Positions 17,866 through 27,196 of a DNA stretch of 58,602 nt are shown piece after piece. The notes beneath the pieces are model-generated. The model searched no databases and was not told the origin of the DNA. It was given only the letters and a program-made list of their open reading frames with translations. This stretch comes from Acidobacteriota bacterium (GTDB lineage: Bacteria > Acidobacteriota > Thermoanaerobaculia > Multivoradales > J023), in the NCBI GenBank assembly GCA_029263355.1, contig JAJCXQ010000425.1:1-58602 (forward strand). Reading direction: 5' to 3'. Numbering within the stretch: position 1 is the stretch's first letter; every line of letters starts with the position of its first letter. Both the position numbers and the translations under genes were made by a program.

Positions 17866-19551
17866 ATGCTCTACTCGACCCATACGCAGGCAATCGCCTA
17901 CTCGACCCATATGCAGGCCACCGTGCGGCGCTTCTTCGTTGTTGCTCTGTTGGCCTTCGCCGTCTCTCCTACGCTCGTTTTGGCCCAGTTCGGGGCCGGT
18001 AGCCCTGAGTTCCTCGATCAAGACACGTCCGCCGTTCCCGACGCCAATGAGCCCGACGATCTATTCGGCGCGGCTCTGGCAGCTGGTGACTTCGATGGTG
18101 ATGGGTATCCCGACCTCGTTGTCCAGACTCGGCAAGAAGACATCAATGGTGTTGCGCAGGTAGGCCAGGTCACCGTGATCCGAGGCTCTCAGGCAGGACT
18201 CGATCCCGTCCTGGGCGCCGAGGTCTGGAATGAAAGCCTGGGACTGCTGACCGGCGACCTCGAGGAAGACGCTTTCTTCGGATTCTCGATGGCCACCGGC
18301 GACTTCAACGACGACCTCATCGAAGATCTTGCGATTTCGGTCCCCAATGGCGATCCGGTGGTCAACGGCCTTGCGGTCGACAATGCGGGAATTGTCTACG
18401 TTTTGTGGGGCAGCGGGGTGGGACTAACTCACCAGGGCCATCTGACGATTCGCCGTGGCACGTTCGGCCTGCCGGGAGAGCCGGTCACCGGCAATCGCTT
18501 CGGTTCGACCCTGAACTCAGGCGACTTCGACGGTGATGGTGTCGACGATCTCGCGCTGGGATCGAGTTCCTGTGACTTCGAGCCGCCAGGCGCTCCGACG
18601 GTTCACCAAGCCGGCTGTGTTGGCGTGCTCTATGGCTCGGCTGCCGGTCTCGATGCGTCGCCTGGAGGTGGCGTGTCCGGAACGATCTTCGACCTGACGA
18701 GTTTCAGTTGGGTGCCCGCTGGGGACGATCGATTCGGTGAGACACTGGTGGCAGGCGACTTCGATGGCGACGGCACCGAAGATCTAGCAGTGGCGGCGCC
18801 CTATCGCAACGTTCAGGGCGTCGACCACGCGGGCGTGGTCTTCGTCCTATGGGGGAGCGAGGACGGCCTGACCGCGACCGACGCACAGAAGATCCACCGC
18901 GGGACGCCCGGTCTGTGGGGGCTCCCCAAGGAGGATGATTTGTTGGGGAGCTCGCTCGCTACTGGCGACTTCGACGGCGACGGAGCCGCCGAGCTCGTGA
19001 TCGGAGTCGAGCTCGCTGATCTCTTGCTGGGGGACGAAGGTCTCGCCTATATCGTGCCAGGAGTGGTCAATGGCAACCTCGACACAGGGGGCACCGTGTT
19101 CCTGACCCAGGCGATCGTGACCGGTAGCCCGACCGAGCACGGTACAAGTTTCGGCAGCGAGGTCGCGGTGGGCGACTTCGACGGCGACGGGCACCCGGAT
19201 CTTGCGGTGAGTGCGCCGCTAACCGACCCCGGCGGGATCACTAACGCTGGTCTGGCGTGGATCCTCCGCGGGGATTCCACCGGACTGGTGATCGAGCTCG
19301 GAGGCGGTCAAGAGATTTCCCATGCCGACACCTTGCCCGGCGATGGCTTCGGCGAGCGACTCCTCGCCGCCGACTTCGACACCAACGGAGCCACCGACCT
19401 CGTCGTCGGGATGCCTCTCTTCGGTGCTGATGACACGGGGGGTATCGATATCTTCTACGGCGAGCCGCCCGTCCTCGGTCCACCGGACATCTTCCATGAC
19501 GGTTTCGAAACGGGTGATCTGAGTGCCTGGTCTTCCGTCATGGGCGAATAG
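17866..19551 (+). CDS. Secreted FG-GAP (integrin-alpha-like) repeat protein with IFHDGFETGDLSAWS tail
   Basis: AAGGAG SD, signal peptide, seven FG..L..GDFDGDG..DL-type repeats. Confidence 0.92.
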   Translation: MLYSTHTQAIAYSTHMQATVRRFFVVALLAFAVSPTLVLAQFGAGSPEFLDQDTSAVPDANEPDDLFGAALAAGDFDGDGYPDLVVQTRQEDINGVAQVGQVTVIRGSQAGLDPVLGAEVWNESLGLLTGDLEEDAFFGFSMATGDFNDDLIEDLAISVPNGDPVVNGLAVDNAGIVYVLWGSGVGLTHQGHLTIRRGTFGLPGEPVTGNRFGSTLNSGDFDGDGVDDLALGSSSCDFEPPGAPTVHQAGCVGVLYGSAAGLDASPGGGVSGTIFDLTSFSWVPAGDDRFGETLVAGDFDGDGTEDLAVAAPYRNVQGVDHAGVVFVLWGSEDGLTATDAQKIHRGTPGLWGLPKEDDLLGSSLATGDFDGDGAAELVIGVELADLLLGDEGLAYIVPGVVNGNLDTGGTVFLTQAIVTGSPTEHGTSFGSEVAVGDFDGDGHPDLAVSAPLTDPGGITNAGLAWILRGDSTGLVIELGGGQEISHADTLPGDGFGERLLAADFDTNGATDLVVGMPLFGADDTGGIDIFYGEPPVLGPPDIFHDGFETGDLSAWSSVMGE

Positions 19552-19616
19552 GCTAGCTGGGTCAGATTCAGCGTCAACGCCCATCGGCGCTTCATTTCCA
19601 AGCACAGGCTAACTCT

Positions 19617-19639
19617 GCGAGGGGTAGAAAACCCCTCGC
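19617..19639. terminator. Hairpin between convergent genes (possible terminator or REP-like element)
   Basis: GCGAGGGGT-AGAAA-ACCCCTCGC, 9-bp stem; no clear U-tract. Confidence 0.4.
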
Positions 19640-19688
19640 TCAGTGATCAAGCCCACCGTGGCTTCGCCTCCTGCTGACGGGACTCGAG

Positions 19689-19723
19689 GAAGCCACCTGC
19701 TGGGAGCACTGGCGTCTCGCCGG
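19689..19723 (+). repeat. Solo copy of the REP-like element found in tandem at 30825-31010
   Basis: GAAGCCACCTGCTGGGAGCACTGGCGTCTCGCCGG matches the tandem unit. Confidence 0.85.
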
Positions 19724-19790
19724 TTTGGTCGAGACACTGAAAGCGCTTCGATGAGTCGGCCTACTCGTGTTCCTTGGATGCAGCCCCGGC

Positions 19791-20771
19791 CTACAGCAGC
19801 TCTTTGATCATCTTAAGAATATCTTCCAGCTCCTCGACTGGCTTCTTGGCGGGTTCAAAGAGTGTGCCGTCGGCGTATCTCACCGGGCTGGATACAGAAC
19901 CATCCGGGCTTTTTCCATGATCTACATCGATGGATAACCGCCACCTCTCGGCGTGGGTTGTCCACGCCACCGTGTTGACGTACTCGGGTGCTGTGAGCCA
20001 GACGTTCCAAGTCAGCAAGTTGTCAGCCTGGAGCATGTTGCCAGCGCCGATATTGAAGATATCCAAAACTTGCTCGTTGAAGGCATCAACGGCGGGATGA
20101 TTGATCTTCTTGATTGGGCCGATCTGCACTCCCAAATTTGCAACGGACCATGCTTCCGAGTGCTTGGCAAAGTCAGGAGCTTCAAATAGCGTGCTTTGGC
20201 CGGTCCGAAGCGGGAATGCCGGGTGATCAGGGTCTCCGAACTTATGGGTGGTGACTTTGATTGCGTTTGCCTTGTCCGAGGGAAAGGGGAGCGACTCGTT
20301 CTTGAATAGGTCCCACGCTTTCCGCACGAACCAGTTTTGGTGGGCGCTTGGGCTAAACCAAATGGTACCTTCGACCGACAGATCAGCAGCTAGCGTCCGG
20401 TTTGTCTCGTCGATCCAACCCCTCTGTCCAGTGACGGTCACTTCAACATTCAGGCAACCTACATTATCGACGCAAGCACCTTGTTGGGGGCATATAATGG
20501 ACCAGATCCTCCCAGTGTCGTCGTAACCACCACTGGAAATGTCGTGGGCAAACCTAGAAAAACATCTAGACGCGGAGTTTCCTTGAATGGTCTCCCAACT
20601 AAACTCGGGCCAGTAGACTTGCTGCTGGCGTTGGATTTTCGGAATGTTTGCCATGTTGTCCAGCAGTGGCAGTGAGGAAAGGTCTGGATCTGGATAGGCA
20701 AACGCGGGATTTGACTCTGCGAATCCGCCAACCCATCCTGGTACGGCGTTGGGATCTTTATTGTAGGACAT
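19791..20771 (-). CDS. Hypothetical protein (Trp/Cys-containing, no family recognised)
   Basis: 326-aa ORF, AAGGAA SD, AT-richer codons and upstream region than the flanks. Confidence 0.8.
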   Translation of the reverse strand: MSYNKDPNAVPGWVGGFAESNPAFAYPDPDLSSLPLLDNMANIPKIQRQQQVYWPEFSWETIQGNSASRCFSRFAHDISSGGYDDTGRIWSIICPQQGACVDNVGCLNVEVTVTGQRGWIDETNRTLAADLSVEGTIWFSPSAHQNWFVRKAWDLFKNESLPFPSDKANAIKVTTHKFGDPDHPAFPLRTGQSTLFEAPDFAKHSEAWSVANLGVQIGPIKKINHPAVDAFNEQVLDIFNIGAGNMLQADNLLTWNVWLTAPEYVNTVAWTTHAERWRLSIDVDHGKSPDGSVSSPVRYADGTLFEPAKKPVEELEDILKMIKELL

Positions 20772-20876
20772 GAAGTGTTCCTTTATTCCTTTAGTTGGTT
20801 ATGGAATTGCGATCTATTCGGCTCATTACGAGAGGGATAGATTTGCGCGTTGAGTTTTACGTTCGGGAATAGGGAA

Positions 20877-22166
20877 CTAGGAACCGTTCGAGGCCAACTC
20901 TCTCAGATAGTCATCTGCATAGTCGATCTTGAACGACGTCCAGAGCAGCAGATGGTCTGAGATCTGATTCTTACGATAATACTGTTTGAAGTAATCGTTG
21001 ATGTCTTGGGCCAGGTAGTTCTCTAGAAAGGTTTTGTCTTTCATCAGCTCCGCCAGTTCCTTCGAGTCCGCTTCCAGCTTGTCTGCTGCGTCGGTCAGCT
21101 TCTTCGCTTTCGCCGGATTCGACTCCAACTTCGCTTTTTCTCGTTTCTTCCGCGCCTGCTCCAACTGGGTTTTCGGCTTGGCCTTCAGGGTCTTTTCCCG
21201 CTCCTTCAGCTTTTCCACATGAGTCTTGCTGAGAGTCCGGTAGAAGTCGCTGTCGCCGTCGCGATAAACGAAGTCGCGGTAGTCGAAGACACCCCCAGCT
21301 CCCTGCTTGAAACGCGTGTCCTTGATGCGCACCGCGATCTGGTCGAATGGCTCCCGGCTTTTCCCGGTGTTGGTGGGCAATCTGTCGATGTCGTCCGGAA
21401 TCTCGAATCCATTGTCGGTCAGCGCCGTCTTGGACATGCTGCCTTCGTGGATGTTGAAATCACCCAGCAGGATGAAGTTGGAAGCACTCGGTGTCGTGTC
21501 CCATCCTCTGTCCTTGGCGAATCTTATCTCTCGCTTGCGTTCATCGTCGCTCCGCTTCTTGAGCTGCTTCGCGAGCTGGTCGATTTCCTCGATGCGGAGC
21601 GCCTTGTCTTGACCGTCTTTGGCGCCGTAGTGGATATGCACCGAGCAGAGCTTGAACTTGAACCAACCCGCCTGGAAGCCCAGGTAATATGGCGTGCGGG
21701 CCAACTGGCGAGGATGTTGGACACCCGTTGCGCTCTTGATCGGCGGCAGTACGATCTCGCCTGCGACACGACTGAATCTCACCCGACCCCTGCGATAGAG
21801 GACCGCCATGCGTTCGTCATTGCCGGCATCCCCTTCGGTGGTGTCTGAGACAAGGTAATCCCAATCATCCCCGAGGAAGTCATTGAGCAGAGTCTTGAGC
21901 TGCTTGAGGTCACGTTTGACCTCTTGGATCGACACCAGATCGAAATGGTTGATGATCTCGGCGATATATTGCAGCGACTCGGTGCTGCGCTTGTATCCCC
22001 CTCCTGCTCCGAAGTGCATCAGGTTCCAGGTGGCGACCTTCAATTCGCCGACGTTGTCCTTGTTGGTAACCTGCTGGCGAAGCCCGGCCCGGAGGTCGAG
22101 CAGTCGGTCAGCGACATGAGCCGAGTGGCTCGACTTCAGGCGGCGAAGTCTCCAGTAGAGAGCCAT
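20877..22166 (-). CDS. Endonuclease/exonuclease/phosphatase (DNase I-like) family protein
   Basis: Motifs ATWN, DLVSIQEV, GNDER, SVHIHYG, LLGDFN, FDQI and ISDH. Confidence 0.92.
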   Translation of the reverse strand: MALYWRLRRLKSSHSAHVADRLLDLRAGLRQQVTNKDNVGELKVATWNLMHFGAGGGYKRSTESLQYIAEIINHFDLVSIQEVKRDLKQLKTLLNDFLGDDWDYLVSDTTEGDAGNDERMAVLYRRGRVRFSRVAGEIVLPPIKSATGVQHPRQLARTPYYLGFQAGWFKFKLCSVHIHYGAKDGQDKALRIEEIDQLAKQLKKRSDDERKREIRFAKDRGWDTTPSASNFILLGDFNIHEGSMSKTALTDNGFEIPDDIDRLPTNTGKSREPFDQIAVRIKDTRFKQGAGGVFDYRDFVYRDGDSDFYRTLSKTHVEKLKEREKTLKAKPKTQLEQARKKREKAKLESNPAKAKKLTDAADKLEADSKELAELMKDKTFLENYLAQDINDYFKQYYRKNQISDHLLLWTSFKIDYADDYLRELASNGS

Positions 22167-22322
22167 GGTTCTGGTCCTTTCTTGGCTATTTTTTCGCTGT
22201 GAGGATATCGCAGTCGAGCCGATCGATAAACAGCGGTCGCCCCACCGAGGTTGCTAGCACCTCCGTCGCCCAAGGCGGCCCATGCCAGCGGCGATCGGCC
22301 GCCGGCGACCTGTGCGTGTCCC

Positions 22323-23285
22323 TTAATTTCGCTTGAACTGCTGCAGGACGTAGTCGTAGAAATCCGCCTTTCCTTGGTCGCTGAAGTTCAGTACAACGTT
22401 GACCGGCCGCCCTCCGTCGCGCTGTACGATCGCGCCTTGGCTCGGACCGGTGGTGATGACTTCGAGCTCCATTTGTGAGGGGGTCGAGAAGAACTCGGGG
22501 TGGGGGATGTAGCAGGTGGTCACCACGTCCCACATGTCGTAGAAAGACTCCGTGGCGACGATGTTGTAGCTCTGATAGGCGAGGTCGGAATACCGGTAGT
22601 TTTTGCCCTGAATGAGCAGCTGGCTCATGAAGTCTGTCGTGATGGCTGCCTGGTTGGTGATGTCGAGAGGGAAGAGGGTGATCTCGAAGTCGTCCGGGGT
22701 GGTGTTGCGAAAGATCCACTCGGCGGCGAAGGGGTCCCAGAAAACGTTCCATTCGGCGTACGGATTCGCGACTTCGGCGGGAAGCGTGGTGGGGTCGAGA
22801 TTACCTGCGACGTTGATCGCTCCACCCATCCAGATCAACCGTTTGATCTTCTTCAGGTAAGAGTCGCCGCGCCGGCCGCGGAGGACGTTGGCCAGGGTCG
22901 TCATCGGGCAGTTGACCAACATCGTGACGGGCTCCGGAGCTTCGCGGAGAGCCTTCCGCAACCATTTGTCGCCATCGGGGAACGGCGGCCAGCGAGGATG
23001 CGGGGCGAGGGCCTGCAACATCGCGAGGTCGCCCATGGTGATGCAATCGCTGCGGTACTGCCAGGGAAAAGGATTCCAGCCGCGGGCTGCGCTCAGCGAG
23101 AGCGGGATGTCGGTGCGATCGATGTAGCTCTGAAGCTTCCAGCCGGTTTGCATGGCCGGAACGTCGATGCAGTCGGCGTTCGTGATGACGATGCCTTTGA
23201 AGTCGACGTTCTGCATCGTGGTGAGCAGCAACACGGCCATGTACTCGTCGATGGCGGCATCGTGGTTGAAGATGACGGTTTCCAT
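22323..23285 (-). CDS. Nucleoside hydrolase (purine-preferring, IAG-NH-like)
   Basis: AGGAGG SD; NHDAAIDE (variant of DxDxxxDD), TNADC, NPFP, WMGGA, AEWNVFWDP, PLDIT and MWD. Confidence 0.9.
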   Translation of the reverse strand: METVIFNHDAAIDEYMAVLLLTTMQNVDFKGIVITNADCIDVPAMQTGWKLQSYIDRTDIPLSLSAARGWNPFPWQYRSDCITMGDLAMLQALAPHPRWPPFPDGDKWLRKALREAPEPVTMLVNCPMTTLANVLRGRRGDSYLKKIKRLIWMGGAINVAGNLDPTTLPAEVANPYAEWNVFWDPFAAEWIFRNTTPDDFEITLFPLDITNQAAITTDFMSQLLIQGKNYRYSDLAYQSYNIVATESFYDMWDVVTTCYIPHPEFFSTPSQMELEVITTGPSQGAIVQRDGGRPVNVVLNFSDQGKADFYDYVLQQFKRN

Positions 23286-23468
23286 GGGGCCTCCTGTTTC
23301 GATGGTGTCGAAGCGGCGGAATGTCATGAACGATACGCCCTCAGCATCTCTCGAGACAAATTTCTGCTTGGAAGAGAGAGCTGACGGATGGAAGATCCGG
23401 GATCCAAGCGCTCGATGCCGGGCGATGCTGACTCAGTCCCCGTGCAAAATCGGGCGAAATTGCCGGCC

Positions 23469-23535
23469 GACAAACTCGTTGACAGCTGATGTCAAGCTAT
23501 TGGACGGCTGACAAACTGCGCTGACAGCGTCAGTT
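23469..23535. promoter_or_regulatory. Candidate operator: TTGACA-N5-TGTCAA palindrome plus GACAAACT..TGACAGC direct repeats
   Basis: Palindrome at 23479-23495; direct repeats at 23469 and 23510; located in the divergent intergenic region. Confidence 0.45.
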
Positions 23536-24109
23536 TTTGGGGGCTAGCCGTCGGGACCGTGTCGACATCGGATGTCGGGCTGGGCGATGGGCCGGCATGT
23601 GGGAGAGACTGTGTTGATCGAGCTGGCGAGGGAAGGGTCGGGCGGAAAGCAAGGTGGGGTAGGGTGATCCGTGGGTGGGAGCAAGGGCCCGGGCGGCCCC
23701 CGGTGAACCGGGAGCCGCCGAGGCGGCGAGGCGGGTTAGGAGTCGGTCGTTTGCTGGAGTTGCTCTTTTGTTGTGTCGTTGCTTCGACCGTGCCGGCGAG
23801 ACGCCAGCGCTCCCGGTATGAGGCTTCTTCTAGGGCAGCGGCCCCCAACTCTTGGTCCCGCTACCTAGCTCTACCCAGCGGCATCGTCGGGCTCGGGACA
23901 ATTCTGGGTGGGGCTCTCTGCCGCACCCCGAGGGCGAGCTTGGCCTTCCACAGCAAAAGCTGAGCACGGCAAGCGCCGAGCGGGTTGAATTCTGTCTTTC
24001 TGATTCGAGCTAATCCGAATCTGGGACGGTGGCGAAAGGTGTTAAGGCCAGACGTTGATGCTGGCAGAAGACTTTTTCTTTCTACCAACATCGGAGGGCC
24101 CTAGACGCG

Positions 24110-25675
24110 ATGAGCAACACTTCCTCAACTCGGAAAGTGATCGTGATCGGCGCCGGTCCTGGGGGGCTCGCGAGCGCCATGTTGTTGGCCAAGGCCGGCT
24201 TTGACGTCACGGTGCTCGAACGGCGCGATTGTGTTGGCGGCCGGACCTCAACCATCGAAGCTGACGGCTTCCGCTTCGACCTTGGGCCAACGTTCTTTCT
24301 GTATCCGCAGATCCTGCGCGAGATCTTTCGCATGTGCGGCCGCTCGCTGTCCCGTGAGGTGGATCTGATCCGGCTCGATCCCAACTACCGGCTGATCTTC
24401 GGCGGTGACGGACAACAGCTCGAAGCTACCTCCGACGTACCGCGCATGCGCCGTGAGATCGCGCGCATCTCGCCGGATGATGCCAACAACCTGGAACGTT
24501 ATCTCGATGACAATCGGCGCAAACTCACCGCTTTCGGACCGGTGCTCTCGTCGGCGTTCAACGGCCTGCGCGATGTGTTGCGTCTGCCTTTTGCTGAGCT
24601 GCTGCCTCTGCTGCGGCCGCTGTCGAGTGTCGACCAAGACCTCGGCCGCTTCTTCTCCGATCCGCGCGTCCGGCTGGCCTTCAGCTTCCAAAGCAAGTAT
24701 CTGGGGATGTCGCCCTTCAACTGCCCCAGCCTGTTCACCATCCTCTCGTTCCTGGAGTATGAACACGGAGTCTTCCATCCGCGCGGTGGTTGCGGCTCTG
24801 TCACCCAGGCCATGGCGCGGGTGGCTCGGGATCTCGGGGTGCGTATCCGTTTGAACGAGCCGGTGCAGCGCATCCTCTTCGAAGGCCAGAAAGCGGTTGC
24901 AGTCAAAACCCCAACCGACGTTTATGGGTGTGATGCCCTGGTGATCAACGCCGACTTCGCCCACGCCATGACTCACTTGGTGCCGGATCGCCTGCGGCGG
25001 CGTTGGACCGACCGCAAGCTAGCCAAGAAGCGCTACTCGTGCTCAACCTACATGATGTACCTGGGACTCGAGGGATCCAGCGACGACCTCGCCCACCACA
25101 CGATCTGGCTGGCCGACGACTACCGCGCCCACCTCGAGGACATCGAGAAGCATCACCGACTCAGTGACGAGCCTTCCTTCTACGTTCACAACCCGGTGGT
25201 CACGGACCCGTCGATGGCGCCGCCCGGGATGACCTCGCTGTACGTGCTGGTGCCGGTGACCCACCAACATCCCAACGTCGACTGGCGCCGCGAGAGCAGC
25301 CAATTTCGCCAGACGGTCCTGCGCCAGCTCGCCCAGGTGGGCTTGGAGGACGTCGACCGCCGGATCCGCTTCGAGAAAGTGGTGACCCCGATGGACTGGG
25401 AGTCGGACCTCCACATCTACCGTGGCGCCACCTTCAACCTCGCCCACTCGCTCGATCAGATGCTCCACCTGCGGCCGCGCAACCGCTTCGAGGATTTGGA
25501 CGGCGTCTATTTGACCGGCGGCGGCACTCACCCGGGGAGCGGCCTGCCGGTGATCTTGGAGTCGGCGCGTATCACCACGCGGCTGATGGCCGAAGACTTC
25601 CGCATCGAACCGGCCTGGGAAGACGTGGCCATGGCGGCGCCGCGGCCGGTGGGAACCTACTCCCGGGTCGCCTGA
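24110..25675 (+). CDS. Phytoene desaturase family protein (CrtN-like C30 desaturase)
   Basis: GAGPGG FAD motif, FDLGPTFF, FQSKYLGMSP and GGGTHPGSGLP; GGAGG SD. Confidence 0.92.
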   Translation: MSNTSSTRKVIVIGAGPGGLASAMLLAKAGFDVTVLERRDCVGGRTSTIEADGFRFDLGPTFFLYPQILREIFRMCGRSLSREVDLIRLDPNYRLIFGGDGQQLEATSDVPRMRREIARISPDDANNLERYLDDNRRKLTAFGPVLSSAFNGLRDVLRLPFAELLPLLRPLSSVDQDLGRFFSDPRVRLAFSFQSKYLGMSPFNCPSLFTILSFLEYEHGVFHPRGGCGSVTQAMARVARDLGVRIRLNEPVQRILFEGQKAVAVKTPTDVYGCDALVINADFAHAMTHLVPDRLRRRWTDRKLAKKRYSCSTYMMYLGLEGSSDDLAHHTIWLADDYRAHLEDIEKHHRLSDEPSFYVHNPVVTDPSMAPPGMTSLYVLVPVTHQHPNVDWRRESSQFRQTVLRQLAQVGLEDVDRRIRFEKVVTPMDWESDLHIYRGATFNLAHSLDQMLHLRPRNRFEDLDGVYLTGGGTHPGSGLPVILESARITTRLMAEDFRIEPAWEDVAMAAPRPVGTYSRVA

Positions 25676-25684
25676 GGGTTGAAC

Positions 25685-27196
25685 ATGTCTGCCGCGACAA
25701 CACCACGGACCTTGCCTCCGCGAGAGAGCACGATCAACCTGGATGCCAGCCGCCGGGCTCAGGCCGCGTGGAGCCGGGTGCCGGTTTCTCGACGCCTGCG
25801 GATCATTCGCGATGCCCGGCACCGGATCGCCGAGCAGACGGCAGAGCTCGCCGCGGCGGTGAAGCTGCCGCAGCGGACCTCACGGGCCGAGACCCTGGCC
25901 GCCGAGATCCTGCCCCTGGCCGACGCCTGCCGCTTCCTCGAGCGTGAGGCCGAAACCTTGTTAGCAGTGCGTCGGCTCGGTCGCCGAGGACGCCCCTTTT
26001 GGCTCGGTGGCTCGCAGGTAGAGCTGCACCGTGAGCCGTTTGGCGTGGTGTTGATCGTCGCCCCGAGCAACTATCCCTTGCTGCTGCCGGGAGTGCAGGC
26101 CGCTCAGGCCCTGGTGGCCGGCAACGCGGTGCTGTGGAAGCCGGGCCACGGCGGCGCCGAGGCTGCGGCGGAGCTAGCCCGGCTGTTCTGCGACGCCGGC
26201 CTGCCGGAAAATCTGCTGACGGTGCTTGACGAGACGCCAGCGGCGGCACAGTCGGCGATCAACGCCGGGGTGGACAAGGTGCTGTTGACCGGATCAACGG
26301 AATCCGGCCGAGCGGTGCTTGGCCAACTCGCCGCCTCAGCCACTCCGGCGGTGATGGAGCTCTCGGGTTGTGAAGCGGTGTTCGTCCGCGAGGACGCCGA
26401 CCTTGATCTCGTCGCCCGGGCGCTGCGCTTTGGTCTGACCTTCAATGCCAGTTTCACTTGTATCGCCCCACGCCGGGTCTTCGTCGCCCGCCGTCGGCAC
26501 GAAGAGCTCGAACGTCGCCTCGTCGAGGAGCTCGGCTCGGTGGCGCCGATGCCGGTAGCGCAAGACTCCGCGCTGGAGCTTCTCCGCCTGGCGCGGGCGG
26601 CGCTGGCGGGCGGTGCCCGGCGGGTCTGTGGCACGCTGCCGGAAGACAGGCCTTGGCAAGATTCGCGTCTCGCACCCTTGGTCCTCGCCGACGTCCGGCC
26701 GGAGATGGAGATCTTGCGGGCGGACGTGGCCGCCCCGGTGCTGTCGTTGGTGGCCGTTGACGGCGACGACCAAGCCCTCGAGCTCGCCCGGCGCTGCCGG
26801 TTCGAGCTTGGCGCGACGGTTTTCGGCGAGCCTCGTGGCGCCCGTGCCTTGGCCGAGCGGGTGGCGGCCGGGGTGGTGGTGATCAACGATCTGATTGTTC
26901 CCACCGCCGACCCTCGGGTGCCGTTTGGCGGCCGGAGAGCCAGCGGCTTCGGCATCACCCGCGGCGCCGAGGGGTTGCTGGAGTTGACCCAGGTCAAGGC
27001 GATGATCTTGCGCCGCGGACGTTTCCGCCCTCATTTCGATCCCCCGGACGCCAACCAGGAGAGGCTGCTTTCGGCCTTCGTCCAGGTGGCGCACGGGAAG
27101 TCTATGTACCACCGTTTCCAGGCCGTTCTCGAGATAGCCAGAGCCGTCGTTTCAACCCGGACTCGCATCGCGCCGCCGGGCCGTTCAGAGAGGTGA
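25685..27196 (+). CDS. Aldehyde dehydrogenase (AldH/CrtNc-like)
   Basis: Motifs REPFGVV..PSNYP, GNAVLWKP, LTGS, MELSG, catalytic FTCIA and PFGGRRASGFG; carotenoid context. Confidence 0.88.
   Translation: MSAATTPRTLPPRESTINLDASRRAQAAWSRVPVSRRLRIIRDARHRIAEQTAELAAAVKLPQRTSRAETLAAEILPLADACRFLEREAETLLAVRRLGRRGRPFWLGGSQVELHREPFGVVLIVAPSNYPLLLPGVQAAQALVAGNAVLWKPGHGGAEAAAELARLFCDAGLPENLLTVLDETPAAAQSAINAGVDKVLLTGSTESGRAVLGQLAASATPAVMELSGCEAVFVREDADLDLVARALRFGLTFNASFTCIAPRRVFVARRRHEELERRLVEELGSVAPMPVAQDSALELLRLARAALAGGARRVCGTLPEDRPWQDSRLAPLVLADVRPEMEILRADVAAPVLSLVAVDGDDQALELARRCRFELGATVFGEPRGARALAERVAAGVVVINDLIVPTADPRVPFGGRRASGFGITRGAEGLLELTQVKAMILRRGRFRPHFDPPDANQERLLSAFVQVAHGKSMYHRFQAVLEIARAVVSTRTRIAPPGRSER

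Noticed and set aside
23492-24091. ORFs of 76-134 aa in the region upstream of the carotenoid cluster
   Set aside because: They have low-complexity Arg/Gly/Pro composition, overlap on both strands, and show no SD or family motifs.
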